DNA from: a virus
Taxonomy: Duplodnaviria > Caudoviricetes
DNA length: 64,000 nt
Direction: 5' to 3' (one strand)
Virus record (IMG/VR): IMGVR_UViG_3300020050_006875
Coordinates: 3,580-67,579 of that record
In this document: positions 1 through 7,859 of the stretch, in pieces
How the letters are laid out: every line of letters starts with the position of its first letter
How positions within the stretch are numbered: position 1 is the first letter of the stretch
Made by a program: the position numbers and the translations under genes
Notes under the pieces: generated by a model
Told to the model about the DNA's origin: nothing
Seen by the model: the letters and a program-made list of their open reading frames with translations, nothing else
The model's database searches: none

Positions 1-14
1 TAAACACAAGCAAA

Positions 15-290
15 ATGGAGAAGACATCAGAACAATATTGGAAAGAGCAATACGAATTGCTTTTCAAATCCTTCCTGCAACAGCAGGAATCCCTCAAACA
101 ATGGGAAGCCGGTGGCATCCTTTGGACTTGGACAGATGTCCACATATATGCATCAGATGAGATGGGCATAAGCCTATCCCAGGCAGAGGCAGAAAGCATC
201 CTCTCAAAGGTGATACGAAAACACGATGCTGATCAGGGGGTAAGTTGGCTGACAATCAGAAACGAAATTGAAAATTTTATTAATAAATAA
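15..290 (+). CDS. hypothetical early phage protein
   Basis: 91-aa ORF with A-rich leader (AAGCAAAATG), first of a tightly packed plus-strand run. Confidence 0.7.
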   Translation: MEKTSEQYWKEQYELLFKSFLQQQESLKQWEAGGILWTWTDVHIYASDEMGISLSQAEAESILSKVIRKHDADQGVSWLTIRNEIENFINK

Positions 291-296
291 GCAAAA

Positions 297-608
297 ATGG
301 GAAACGAAACACAAGTAAAAATGGAAAACGAAACAGTTTACAGCAAGCTGAGGAAGGCGGAGTCCTTTCTTCAGCAAATACCAGAGGACTTACGCATTAA
401 GTTCGACTTTAAATTAGTGCATTTGGAATCCGACTTTGTCGGGATATCCTATTGCCCTAGGCTTGGTGACTATGTAGGCACAAGCGTAGACAACATCAAA
501 TCCATATACCTACATGAGCGTAATGAATTTCGATGGGTACACATGGAGACAAACGGGGCATCCGTTACGCTCTATCAGAATGGGTTTATTCACATGACAT
601 TATTTTAA
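297..608 (+). CDS. hypothetical early phage protein
   Basis: 103-aa ORF 6 nt after the previous stop; N-terminus contains a 24-bp tandem duplication. Confidence 0.7.
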   Translation: MGNETQVKMENETVYSKLRKAESFLQQIPEDLRIKFDFKLVHLESDFVGISYCPRLGDYVGTSVDNIKSIYLHERNEFRWVHMETNGASVTLYQNGFIHMTLF

Positions 609-610
609 TC

Positions 611-916
611 ATGGAAGAGTGGATAATTGAAGGGCATGAGTCCCTAGGCCTTCTAAACTACGAAGGCGAAGCAATTGTAGAGGCCACCTGTATTTGGGTG
701 GCCGTAGACCGAGGCATCGGTTCTTACGAATACCACGGAAGCAAAGGTGTTCACGAAGATTGGACGACAGAACTCAAAGATGTAGTCCTTAATTCTGCCA
801 TCCTGTATGACGATGCTACGCAGACAGAGATTCCGGTGGATCTCAAAGACCCAGCAAACAAACCGCTCGTAGAATATTGGCTTAATTACATTTCAGAAAA
901 CGCAAACGATGACTAA
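611..916 (+). CDS. hypothetical acidic early protein
   Basis: Start moved to ATG 611 (MEEWIIEG), 2 nt after the previous stop; the track start at 533 overlaps the previous gene. Confidence 0.7.
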   Translation: MEEWIIEGHESLGLLNYEGEAIVEATCIWVAVDRGIGSYEYHGSKGVHEDWTTELKDVVLNSAILYDDATQTEIPVDLKDPANKPLVEYWLNYISENANDD

Positions 917-1112
917 AGAAATAAAGCAATTGGAGGAGCAACACCGGAGAGTGATTGCCCTCTGCCTGGAGAACAACGAAGCCACCATCGGCATCGAAGG
1001 TGTACGCAACAAGTACCAAAAGAACGAAGCTCTCAGGAGCAAGCCCGGATACGCAGAACTTCGGGCAATGTTAGAGATGTCCATCGCTTACCACCAGATC
1101 ACAAGGCAATGA
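909..1112 (+). CDS. hypothetical protein
   Basis: 67-aa ORF, 8-nt overlap with the upstream gene and ATGA overlap with the downstream gene. Confidence 0.65.
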   Translation: MTKEIKQLEEQHRRVIALCLENNEATIGIEGVRNKYQKNEALRSKPGYAELRAMLEMSIAYHQITRQ

Positions 1113-1537
1113 GGTGGCATAGGACAAACAGAGAGGAGAATGTGGCTTCTGTATGGAAGTCCACTCTCTCCCTAGACGAGGTGATTCTACGGCATCTCCG
1201 CAACGAGAAAGATATGGCAGAGCATTTGCCATTAGCCAATGGGATTCCTGATGCACAGGAGTTCGTTAAAACACTCCGAATGTTTGCAGATGAGTTAGTA
1301 CTCACGGCAGATGGAGCGGTTCCCTACGGCACTTACACAGCCTTCTATTGGTGGGCATTCGGATGTCTGTATGCTTACATCCCAGAAGTGGACTCGGCAG
1401 AACGGTATGAAGGCAAGTGGGCAACCCTTGCAAGTGTTGACGAGTTTGTCAAAGAGGTGCAACATCAGATATGGCATCAGGAGTGGGTACACGATATGGA
1501 TGAATACGCAACACAAAACCCCGAAAAATTCGTATGA
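1109..1537 (+). CDS. hypothetical protein
   Basis: 142-aa ORF with ATGA overlaps at both ends. Confidence 0.7.
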   Translation: MRWHRTNREENVASVWKSTLSLDEVILRHLRNEKDMAEHLPLANGIPDAQEFVKTLRMFADELVLTADGAVPYGTYTAFYWWAFGCLYAYIPEVDSAERYEGKWATLASVDEFVKEVQHQIWHQEWVHDMDEYATQNPEKFV

Positions 1538-1719
1538 AACTGCATCCAATATTTATTTCGTACATTAGCATGATCGGTTGCATTGTATGTTTCATAATCG
1601 GGGTGGCGAGAATCCTCTACAACCTCGAATACGACCGCAAAAAAAGAGCTTACATATGGATGGTGATAGTGTTCATCACTGGTTGGCTCTCACATTATTT
1701 CTCTTTACAAATCCCATGA
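1534..1719 (+). CDS. small two-TM membrane protein
   Basis: Two hydrophobic stretches separated by basic DRKKR; ATGA coupling. Confidence 0.6.
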   Translation: MKLHPIFISYISMIGCIVCFIIGVARILYNLEYDRKKRAYIWMVIVFITGWLSHYFSLQIP

Positions 1720-1886
1720 ACGACATTCTAATGAAATTCACAATTCTATTTTTAGTTCTGGCATCCTTTGCCTCATACAGAAATATGCTATTCCACCTGG
1801 AACACGAGAACCACGAAGGCACTGCCAAATGGAGCGTAACAATGTTGGTTTTTGTAATAGCCACCTTGGTGTTGCTATTTGGTTAA
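1716..1886 (+). CDS. small two-TM membrane protein
   Basis: Start at ATG 1716 (MNDILMKF), ATGA overlap; two hydrophobic segments. Confidence 0.6.
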   Translation: MNDILMKFTILFLVLASFASYRNMLFHLEHENHEGTAKWSVTMLVFVIATLVLLFG

Positions 1887-1964
1887 CCGCATAAATGATG
1901 GATGTTTTTTTGATGTCCCATTTATTAGGTTTTTCAGGGAGGAACTACCCTGCACAAAAGTTCG

Positions 1965-1996
1965 TTTGTAATTGTAAATCAAGTGGGTTACATTTG
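1965..1996 (+). promoter_or_regulatory. Bacteroidota sigma70-type promoter
   Basis: TTTG (1965-1968), 20-nt spacer, TACATTTG (1989-1996) matches the -33/-7 consensus TTTG-N19-21-TAnnTTTG. Confidence 0.75.
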
Positions 1997-2057
1997 CCCC
2001 ATCCAAAGCAAATGGAGGTATTACATTTTTCACAATTTAAAAACAATTTTTAAAACC

Positions 2058-2801
2058 ATGTCTTCAAGAAGAGACGAATTCAAGAGCGGGTCAAGCAACC
2101 CAGCAACAAGGTTCTTAGAGTGGGACTCTAATGCCAAAGGTTTCAAGTTTTACGACAAGGAAAAGAAGGAGAACATCCCTGTGAAAGTTCCTTTCAAGTT
2201 CTTAGTCCTCAAGTCCCTTCACACCGTGAAAGGATGGCACAACAAGTCTGAGAGTGGCATCTATGCCAACGAGATATCCAACATGGGAGAGATGCTCACA
2301 GTGAAATCCTTCAAGGGAGGACACATCATCTCTGGCATCTACCGGGACATCAAGGAGAAGCTCCAAGGTGGTGTCTATTACAAGAGCATCTATGTGATGC
2401 TTGGAGATGGAAGCATTGCCAACATCAGCCTGAAGGGCGCATCGTGTGCCATGTGGGGAGACTTCACAAAGAAGACCTCTTCTAGGCTTGCTGATGAGTG
2501 GGTGGCTGTCACGGGAGCAGAGGATCAGAAGAACGGCTCTGTAAAGTATTCTGTCCCGATGTTTGAGTTCAAAGGCTCTCTCACGGAGGCTGATGGCATC
2601 AAGGCTGACGAGGCTTACGATGTTCTGTCAGAATACTTCAAGGACTACATGGCTCGCAAGGTGGAGGAAGCCCCTTCTGCTGATGAGCTGTTGGAGGCAG
2701 AGGAAACCCCTAGCAAGGTTGCCCACATAGAGCCTGCTAAGAAAGCACCGGTTGCTGTGACACAGATAGATGATAACGATGAGTATGAATTGCCATTTTA
2801 A
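2058..2801 (+). CDS. putative single-stranded DNA-binding/recombination protein
   Basis: 247 aa from ATG 2058; beta-rich core and acidic tail ending DDNDEYELPF, typical of SSB C-termini; next to Gp157. Confidence 0.55.
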   Translation: MSSRRDEFKSGSSNPATRFLEWDSNAKGFKFYDKEKKENIPVKVPFKFLVLKSLHTVKGWHNKSESGIYANEISNMGEMLTVKSFKGGHIISGIYRDIKEKLQGGVYYKSIYVMLGDGSIANISLKGASCAMWGDFTKKTSSRLADEWVAVTGAEDQKNGSVKYSVPMFEFKGSLTEADGIKADEAYDVLSEYFKDYMARKVEEAPSADELLEAEETPSKVAHIEPAKKAPVAVTQIDDNDEYELPF

Positions 2802-2834
2802 AATGGTAGTTTTTTAGATTTCCGTTTTAATTCA

Positions 2835-2842
2835 TACCTTTG
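2835..2842 (+). promoter_or_regulatory. Bacteroidota -7 promoter element
   Basis: TACCTTTG in the intergenic gap upstream of 2858. Confidence 0.55.
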
Positions 2843-2857
2843 GGAAAATAATTGATT

Positions 2858-3379
2858 ATGAGTACCAAGGTATGTTTTAAATGCGAAGTAGATAAACCCC
2901 TTTCTGAGTATTATGCTCACAAACAAATGGGAGATGGGCATCTTAATAAGTGCAAGGATTGTACTAAGTTAGATGTAAAGAAAAGGTCGGAAGAATTGTC
3001 TTCTAATCCTGAGTGGATAGAGAGTGAGAAAAAGAGGGGAAGAGATAAGTACCATAAGTATAAGTACAAAAACCCTAGCCCTCCAGAAGTTTATCTAAGG
3101 CACAAAAACAAGTACCCAGAAAAATTTAAGGCAAGAAGCGCATCAAGTTCTATGAAAGCCTCAGAAAAAGGAAATCATCTCCACCATTGGTCTTACAACG
3201 AAGAGCATTATAAAGATGTAATTGAACTAACCCCGAAGCATCATGCCAAGGCGCACAGATTTATAGTTTACGATCAGGAAAGAATGATGTACAGAAGGTT
3301 CGACACAAACATTCTTCTTGACACACGAGAAGCACACGAAGGTTTTATTTTTGAATGTATAACAAGTAAAGAAAATTAA
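2858..3379 (+). CDS. HNH/His-Me finger endonuclease with N-terminal zinc ribbon
   Basis: CFKC...CKDC zinc ligands; HLHHWSY...IELTPKHHAKAH beta-beta-alpha-like motif. Confidence 0.7.
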   Translation: MSTKVCFKCEVDKPLSEYYAHKQMGDGHLNKCKDCTKLDVKKRSEELSSNPEWIESEKKRGRDKYHKYKYKNPSPPEVYLRHKNKYPEKFKARSASSSMKASEKGNHLHHWSYNEEHYKDVIELTPKHHAKAHRFIVYDQERMMYRRFDTNILLDTREAHEGFIFECITSKEN

Positions 3380-3380
3380 A

Positions 3381-3887
3381 ATGAATAGTCTTTGGAACAT
3401 CACACAAGAATTCCTTTCCCTTGCCTCCCTCATTGAGGAGGCTGGGGGTGAGGCTACAGACGAGGTAATGGAAGAACTGGCTATCAGCCGGGAGAACTTC
3501 CAGCACAAGGCTGAGAACTACGCAAGGCTCATCCTTAAATGGGAATCGGAGATAGAGGCTGCCTCTGCTGAGGAGAAGCGCATCAAGGCCATCAAGAAGA
3601 CAAAGGAGAACAGCGTTGCCCGTATGAAGGACACACTCAAAGCTGCGCTTATGGTGTTCGGACACGAGGACATGAAGACAGGCGCAAAGAAATTTGAAAC
3701 GCCTCTTATTAAACTCTCTACAAGGAAGTCCTACGCTGTGGAAATTACAGACGAGGACACGCTTCCTCCTGGGTGCTTTGTAATCAAGAAGGAACTGAGC
3801 AAGACAGCCATCAAGAATTTGCTTGAAGCAGGGGAGTATTTAGAAGGTGCTTCAATGAAAGAGAACATCTCATTGCAGATTAAATAA
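3381..3887 (+). CDS. Siphovirus Gp157 family protein
   Basis: MNSLWNITQEF...KAENYARLI...IEAASAEEKRIKAIKK...KFETPLIKLSTRKS...LSKTAIKNLLEAG pattern. Confidence 0.85.
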   Translation: MNSLWNITQEFLSLASLIEEAGGEATDEVMEELAISRENFQHKAENYARLILKWESEIEAASAEEKRIKAIKKTKENSVARMKDTLKAALMVFGHEDMKTGAKKFETPLIKLSTRKSYAVEITDEDTLPPGCFVIKKELSKTAIKNLLEAGEYLEGASMKENISLQIK

Positions 3888-3931
3888 AAACTTTTTTTGT
3901 GTTTATGTAATGTTAAATTGGTATAGACTCG

Positions 3932-3965
3932 AAAAGGCTGTTGGGAATCCCGATGGCCTTTTTTT
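3932..3965 (+). terminator. intrinsic terminator
   Basis: AGGCTGTTGGG-AAT-CCCGATGGCCT stem with G:U pairs followed by a T run. Confidence 0.8.
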
Positions 3966-4010
3966 ATTTGTCAAAATTGATTTTAATTTACATCATTAAT
4001 TTATAAAGCA

Positions 4011-4199
4011 ATGACAGTTAAAGTGGTTATAACATATTACGCTCACCAAGGTGATTGGGACATCGAAGAGGTGCTTGATGGCAGAAAGATTTCAGATGAG
4101 GATGCCAAGGAAGACCTCATTCAGATGTTCCAGGAAGATCCTGAGTTCATCATCTCCAAGGCAGACATCTCCATCTCCGAAGCAAAGGACTCCATATGA
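4011..4199 (+). CDS. hypothetical acidic protein
   Basis: 62-aa ORF, A-rich leader, ATGA overlap with the next gene. Confidence 0.6.
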   Translation: MTVKVVITYYAHQGDWDIEEVLDGRKISDEDAKEDLIQMFQEDPEFIISKADISISEAKDSI

Positions 4200-4390
4200 A
4201 AGCCTCTGAGTTGGCATTAGTGCTGATGGACTATATTGATCAGCGCAAAGAGTATCACAAGGAGGTGATTTCAAAACGCCCTAACAATGATACTGTAGAC
4301 TATCACCTCTCAGGACTTGTTGAACTGATGGGCATAGAGCAACGCATTATGTCTCTCATTCATGAGGCAAGCGAGAACAAGGAGAATTAG
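4196..4390 (+). CDS. hypothetical protein
   Basis: 64-aa ORF, translationally coupled. Confidence 0.6.
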   Translation: MKASELALVLMDYIDQRKEYHKEVISKRPNNDTVDYHLSGLVELMGIEQRIMSLIHEASENKEN

Positions 4391-4391
4391 T

Positions 4392-4399
4392 TATATTTG
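4392..4399 (+). promoter_or_regulatory. Bacteroidota -7 promoter element
   Basis: TATATTTG upstream of the small basic gene pair. Confidence 0.6.
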
Positions 4400-4423
4400 T
4401 TTCTCACAATAAACAATAAAGTT

Positions 4424-4591
4424 ATGCCTTTAAAATCCGGGAAAAGCAAAGCTGTCGTGTCGGCTAACATCAAGACAGAAATGAAATCTGGACGCCCACA
4501 GGCCCAGGCAATCGCAATCTCAATGAAGAAAGCAGGAATGTCTAAGCCAATGGCAAAGCCTATGGCAAAACCAATGATGAAGAAGAAATGA
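4424..4591 (+). CDS. small basic Lys/Met-rich phage protein
   Basis: MPLKSGKSKAVVSANIKTEMKSGRPQAQAIAISMKKAG..., 55 aa; C-terminal KPMA repeats. Confidence 0.75.
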   Translation: MPLKSGKSKAVVSANIKTEMKSGRPQAQAIAISMKKAGMSKPMAKPMAKPMMKKK

Positions 4592-4737
4592 GCAAGCCAG
4601 GACTATACAGTAACATCGCCGCCAAAAAAGCAAGGATAGCTGCTGGCTCAGGCGAGACAATGAGAAAGCCAGGCACGAAGGGTGCGCCCACGGCCAAGGC
4701 TTTTAAGGAGTCTGCAAAGACTGCCAAAAAGAAATAG
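4588..4737 (+). CDS. small basic phage protein (absent from the ORF track)
   Basis: Translated by hand: MSKPGLYSNIAAKKARIAAGSGETMRKPGTKGAPTAKAFKESAKTAKKK (49 aa); ATGA overlap; terminator follows. Confidence 0.8.
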   Translation: MSKPGLYSNIAAKKARIAAGSGETMRKPGTKGAPTAKAFKESAKTAKKK

Positions 4738-4773
4738 AATTCTCTTCTTTCTAAGTTTTTCGTTTTTTCGTAT

Positions 4774-4805
4774 AAAAGGTGTGGCTTTTGGTCGCACTTT
4801 TTTTG
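4774..4805 (+). terminator. intrinsic terminator
   Basis: AGGTGTGGC/GTCGCACTT stem with G:U pairs followed by a T run. Confidence 0.75.
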
Positions 4806-4837
4806 TTTTATTCAAATAGTATTATTTCATTTGTGCT

Positions 4838-5347
4838 ATGGAATTTTACATAAGAAAAAAAGGAGACAAGCACATTTTCCAAAGGGTATACTTTGAAGAT
4901 GTATTGATGTGTTGCACTTGGGTTAACGGGGTGGCTATCCACCTTGTCAACAAACCCTATTTGTTTGTAGATGGTACAATAGAAACTGTGTACGATTTAT
5001 TTTTCCGGAAGAACAAGTCGTTCATCCGTGCCTCTGCCGGGTTCATTGTGAACACCAATCACATTCTGTCAGCAGAACTATTGCCCGACAATATCAAGCT
5101 ATCCCTTACGGACAACAAAACAGCAACGCTTCGTAACGGACACGACTACGCCTACTTCATCCAGCACAACCGATACAAGGACGAAAAAAAAAATCCTCCT
5201 ATAGACACCGAAGCGAAGGACGCAATAATAATAAAGGAAGGCGCAGATGTTAACAGCATCATTGCTGAGATAAAGGAAACTACTGGGGAGGTGGTGAACA
5301 GGAGATACATTGTCAGGAGATACAGAGAACTAAAAAGCGAAATGTAA
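4838..5347 (+). CDS. LytTR DNA-binding domain protein with C-terminal extension
   Basis: VYFEDVL...GTIETV...FIRASAGFIVNTNHI...LSLTDNK resembles the LytTR signature FxRxHRSYIVNxxxI. Confidence 0.65.
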   Translation: MEFYIRKKGDKHIFQRVYFEDVLMCCTWVNGVAIHLVNKPYLFVDGTIETVYDLFFRKNKSFIRASAGFIVNTNHILSAELLPDNIKLSLTDNKTATLRNGHDYAYFIQHNRYKDEKKNPPIDTEAKDAIIIKEGADVNSIIAEIKETTGEVVNRRYIVRRYRELKSEM

Positions 5348-5688
5348 TGGCAATAAGAGGAAAATACGAGGGGCTGAATGCCCTTTACAACATCACAGAG
5401 AGAGATGTTACATTCGTGGAGCAGGATAGGGACTATCACCTCATCTACACCCTGAATTCTGAAGAGCCTATAAGAGCGCACGGAACATTGGCATCTGTAA
5501 TGCAGGCATTCCCTTCCTTAGCCAAGCCACACAAGTCTTATCTGGTTAACCTTAACCAAGTGTATTGTGTAGCCAATGCCGACAACACTGTAGCAAAGGT
5601 GGTGTTCCGAAATGGCAAGAGCATTTCCTTCACCAAGAGCAGAGAATTGTATCAACCATTCATAGCCAAGTTTGAAAATGAAAAATGA
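5347..5688 (+). CDS. LytTR-only DNA-binding protein
   Basis: ITERDVTFVE...YHLIYT...GTLASV...KPHKSYLVNLNQV...VVFRNGKSI spans a whole LytTR domain with no receiver domain. Confidence 0.8.
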   Translation: MAIRGKYEGLNALYNITERDVTFVEQDRDYHLIYTLNSEEPIRAHGTLASVMQAFPSLAKPHKSYLVNLNQVYCVANADNTVAKVVFRNGKSISFTKSRELYQPFIAKFENEK

Positions 5689-5980
5689 TTTTTCTAAGTT
5701 CTTCTGCTTTGTCAGGGGTGTAATAGAATCGGGAACTGTCATCCACTACGGAGACAAGCCTCTTAAAAGGGAGGCTAAGATGCACTTCAATAGGCTGATG
5801 CATCACGCTACAGAGTTTGAGAAGTATTTACACCAAGGACTTGGCCCAGAGATGGCTAAGGCTGAGGATGAAATCAATTCAGCCATTGTTAATATGGTGT
5901 GGAACTTGTATGACCTCCCTTCTGAGGAGAGGGAACGATTCATTGATCATATGAACGAATTCAATCCAATAAAAGAATGA
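5678..5980 (+). CDS. hypothetical protein
   Basis: 100 aa from ATG 5678; overlaps both neighbours. Confidence 0.65.
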   Translation: MKNDFSKFFCFVRGVIESGTVIHYGDKPLKREAKMHFNRLMHHATEFEKYLHQGLGPEMAKAEDEINSAIVNMVWNLYDLPSEERERFIDHMNEFNPIKE

Positions 5981-7494
5981 AATACGGAAGCTTATTTAGT
6001 GGTATAGAAGCAGCCTCAGTTGCTTGGGAGTCTCTTGGATGGGAACCAAGGTGGTTTGCAGAAATAGAACACTTCCCTTCGGCAGTATTAGCCCACAGAT
6101 TCCCAACTGTGCCAAACTTGGGAGATGTAACTAAAATTCACGAAACAAAAATATTTAATGGGAACTCAATTGACCTTCTCGTGGGCGGATCGCCCTGCCA
6201 AAGTTTTAGCGTTGCCGGTCTCCGCAAAGGACTGGACGACCCTCGTGGTCAACTCATGTACACCTTTGTTGAACTTGCTGCAAGAAAACGTCCCAAGTGG
6301 GTGGTTTGGGAAAACGTCCCCGGTGTCCTTTCCAGTAATAAGGGAGGAGACTTTGCAAGCTTTCTGGGACTGCTCACAGGCAGGGACATTCAAGCCCCTG
6401 TCGGAGGTTGGAGTAACTCAGGATGCATCGAAGGAATCTCCTCAGCCTACGGAGTTGCGTGGACAATGCTTGATGCTCAAGATTACGGGCTTGCACAGCG
6501 GCGCAAGCGAATCTTTGTTATCGGATACCTTGGAGACTGGAGACCTGCCGCAGCGGTATTATTTGAGCGCAACCGCTTGTCAGGGGATACTGCGAAGAGC
6601 AGAGAAAAGAGGAAAGCAACTTCCTCAAATGCTGAAGGAGGCATTGGAATCGGTAGCCAATACTGGGGGAGTAACCCCGAATGCTCAGACACTGTAACAA
6701 GTAAATGGCACAAAGGAAGTGGCGGCCCTGCGGGAAGTGAGTGTGGGCTATTTGTTTCTCACCCCGCCCACGCATTCAAAGTGAGAGGTGGCTCTGAAAC
6801 GGAAACCGGTGAGCAAGGTGGTATTCCTGGGAAGAAAGCCGGGAAGGGATACCTTGGACAAGATGAGAAAGCTTTCACCATTGGCACTACGCAAGATCAA
6901 CAGATAGCGCAACCAATTGCCGTAGATTGTTACAATCAAACCATCAATGAACGAACCACCCAAACCATTGGCTCATCGGCATCTGATGTAAATCATTATG
7001 GGGCGGTGTTAACACCAATTGCCGTGGACACTTACAATCAAACCACATCAAATGTCAATCAAACCATAAAGTCTCCACAAGGAGGGCTGAATGAATCAAT
7101 TGGTGTTGTGCTAACACCTCCAACAATCATTGACAGAGCAGCTTTCAATCAGGGACAGAATGCTCAATATGACATTAAGATTGAGGAAGGGCAGACAATG
7201 TCATCGCTTGTGGCGAAAGGCCCACACGGAGTTGCTACGCAGAAGCCGCCAACAATGGCCATCAGAAGATTATTGCCCACAGAATGTGAAATTTTACAGG
7301 GATTTCCTCGGAATTGGACGCTCATCCCCTATCGCAACAAGCCTGCTGAACAGTGTCCTGATGGGCCAAGGTATAAGGCTTGTGGAAATAGTATGGCTGT
7401 GCCTGTGATGGCTTGGTTAGGCAGAAGAATTCAAATGGTGGAGGACATTCTTAAACAACAGAACGATGTCACAGCAACTATCCCTCAGCTTTGA
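5977..7494 (+). CDS. dcm: DNA (cytosine-5)-methyltransferase
   Basis: Motifs I SLFSGIEA, IV GGSPCQSFS, VI WENVPG, VIII QRRKRIF, IX RRLLPTECEILQGFP, X RYKACGNSMAVPV. Confidence 0.95.
   Translation: MKYGSLFSGIEAASVAWESLGWEPRWFAEIEHFPSAVLAHRFPTVPNLGDVTKIHETKIFNGNSIDLLVGGSPCQSFSVAGLRKGLDDPRGQLMYTFVELAARKRPKWVVWENVPGVLSSNKGGDFASFLGLLTGRDIQAPVGGWSNSGCIEGISSAYGVAWTMLDAQDYGLAQRRKRIFVIGYLGDWRPAAAVLFERNRLSGDTAKSREKRKATSSNAEGGIGIGSQYWGSNPECSDTVTSKWHKGSGGPAGSECGLFVSHPAHAFKVRGGSETETGEQGGIPGKKAGKGYLGQDEKAFTIGTTQDQQIAQPIAVDCYNQTINERTTQTIGSSASDVNHYGAVLTPIAVDTYNQTTSNVNQTIKSPQGGLNESIGVVLTPPTIIDRAAFNQGQNAQYDIKIEEGQTMSSLVAKGPHGVATQKPPTMAIRRLLPTECEILQGFPRNWTLIPYRNKPAEQCPDGPRYKACGNSMAVPVMAWLGRRIQMVEDILKQQNDVTATIPQL
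6158..6697 (+). CDS. nested +1-frame gene, putative methyltransferase beta polypeptide (M.EcoHK31I-beta-like)
   Basis: 179-aa open frame entirely inside dcm; C-terminal SLLSDTLETGDLPQRYYLSATACQGILRRAEKRGKQLPQMLKEALE. Confidence 0.7.
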   Translation: MGTQLTFSWADRPAKVLALPVSAKDWTTLVVNSCTPLLNLLQENVPSGWFGKTSPVSFPVIREETLQAFWDCSQAGTFKPLSEVGVTQDASKESPQPTELRGQCLMLKITGLHSGASESLLSDTLETGDLPQRYYLSATACQGILRRAEKRGKQLPQMLKEALESVANTGGVTPNAQTL

Positions 7495-7774
7495 GAAGCC
7501 TTTCCGCTTCAACGGATCTGATTACAACGGAGCATTTGATGATGTCCGTTTGACAGGACAATTGAAATTGATTTACTCCTTGATGATAGATGGTAAGTGG
7601 CGCACCCTTGGGGAAATAGAAGCCATAACGAAGGCTCCTCAAAGTAGCATCTCTGCCCAGCTAAGACATTTAAGGAAAGACCGCTTCGGCAATCACATTA
7701 TAAACAAGCGTCCAAGGGGAGACCGCTCTCACGGACTATTTGAATATCAACTTTTAAGTCCACTAAAAAGTTAA
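7466..7774 (+). CDS. putative winged helix-turn-helix protein
   Basis: GKWRTLGEIEAITKAPQSSISAQLRHLRK HTH-like segment followed by a wing-like beta segment. Confidence 0.6.
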   Translation: MSQQLSLSFEKPFRFNGSDYNGAFDDVRLTGQLKLIYSLMIDGKWRTLGEIEAITKAPQSSISAQLRHLRKDRFGNHIINKRPRGDRSHGLFEYQLLSPLKS

Positions 7775-7823
7775 TAGTTTTGGACATTGTTAATTTTGGT
7801 AAAATTTGAACGATTCGCAATTA

Positions 7824-7854
7824 TAAAGGGGGGAGGCATTGCTTCCCTTTTTTT
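7824..7854. terminator. bidirectional intrinsic terminator
   Basis: A run, GGGAGGC-ATT-GCTTCCC stem, T run, at the convergence of the two transcription directions. Confidence 0.8.
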
Positions 7855-7859
7855 ATTTT

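Noticed and set aside
7130-7408. Second alternative-frame ORF (92 aa) inside dcm
   Set aside because: No recognisable motif and Arg-rich shadow composition, unlike the 6158-6697 nested ORF.
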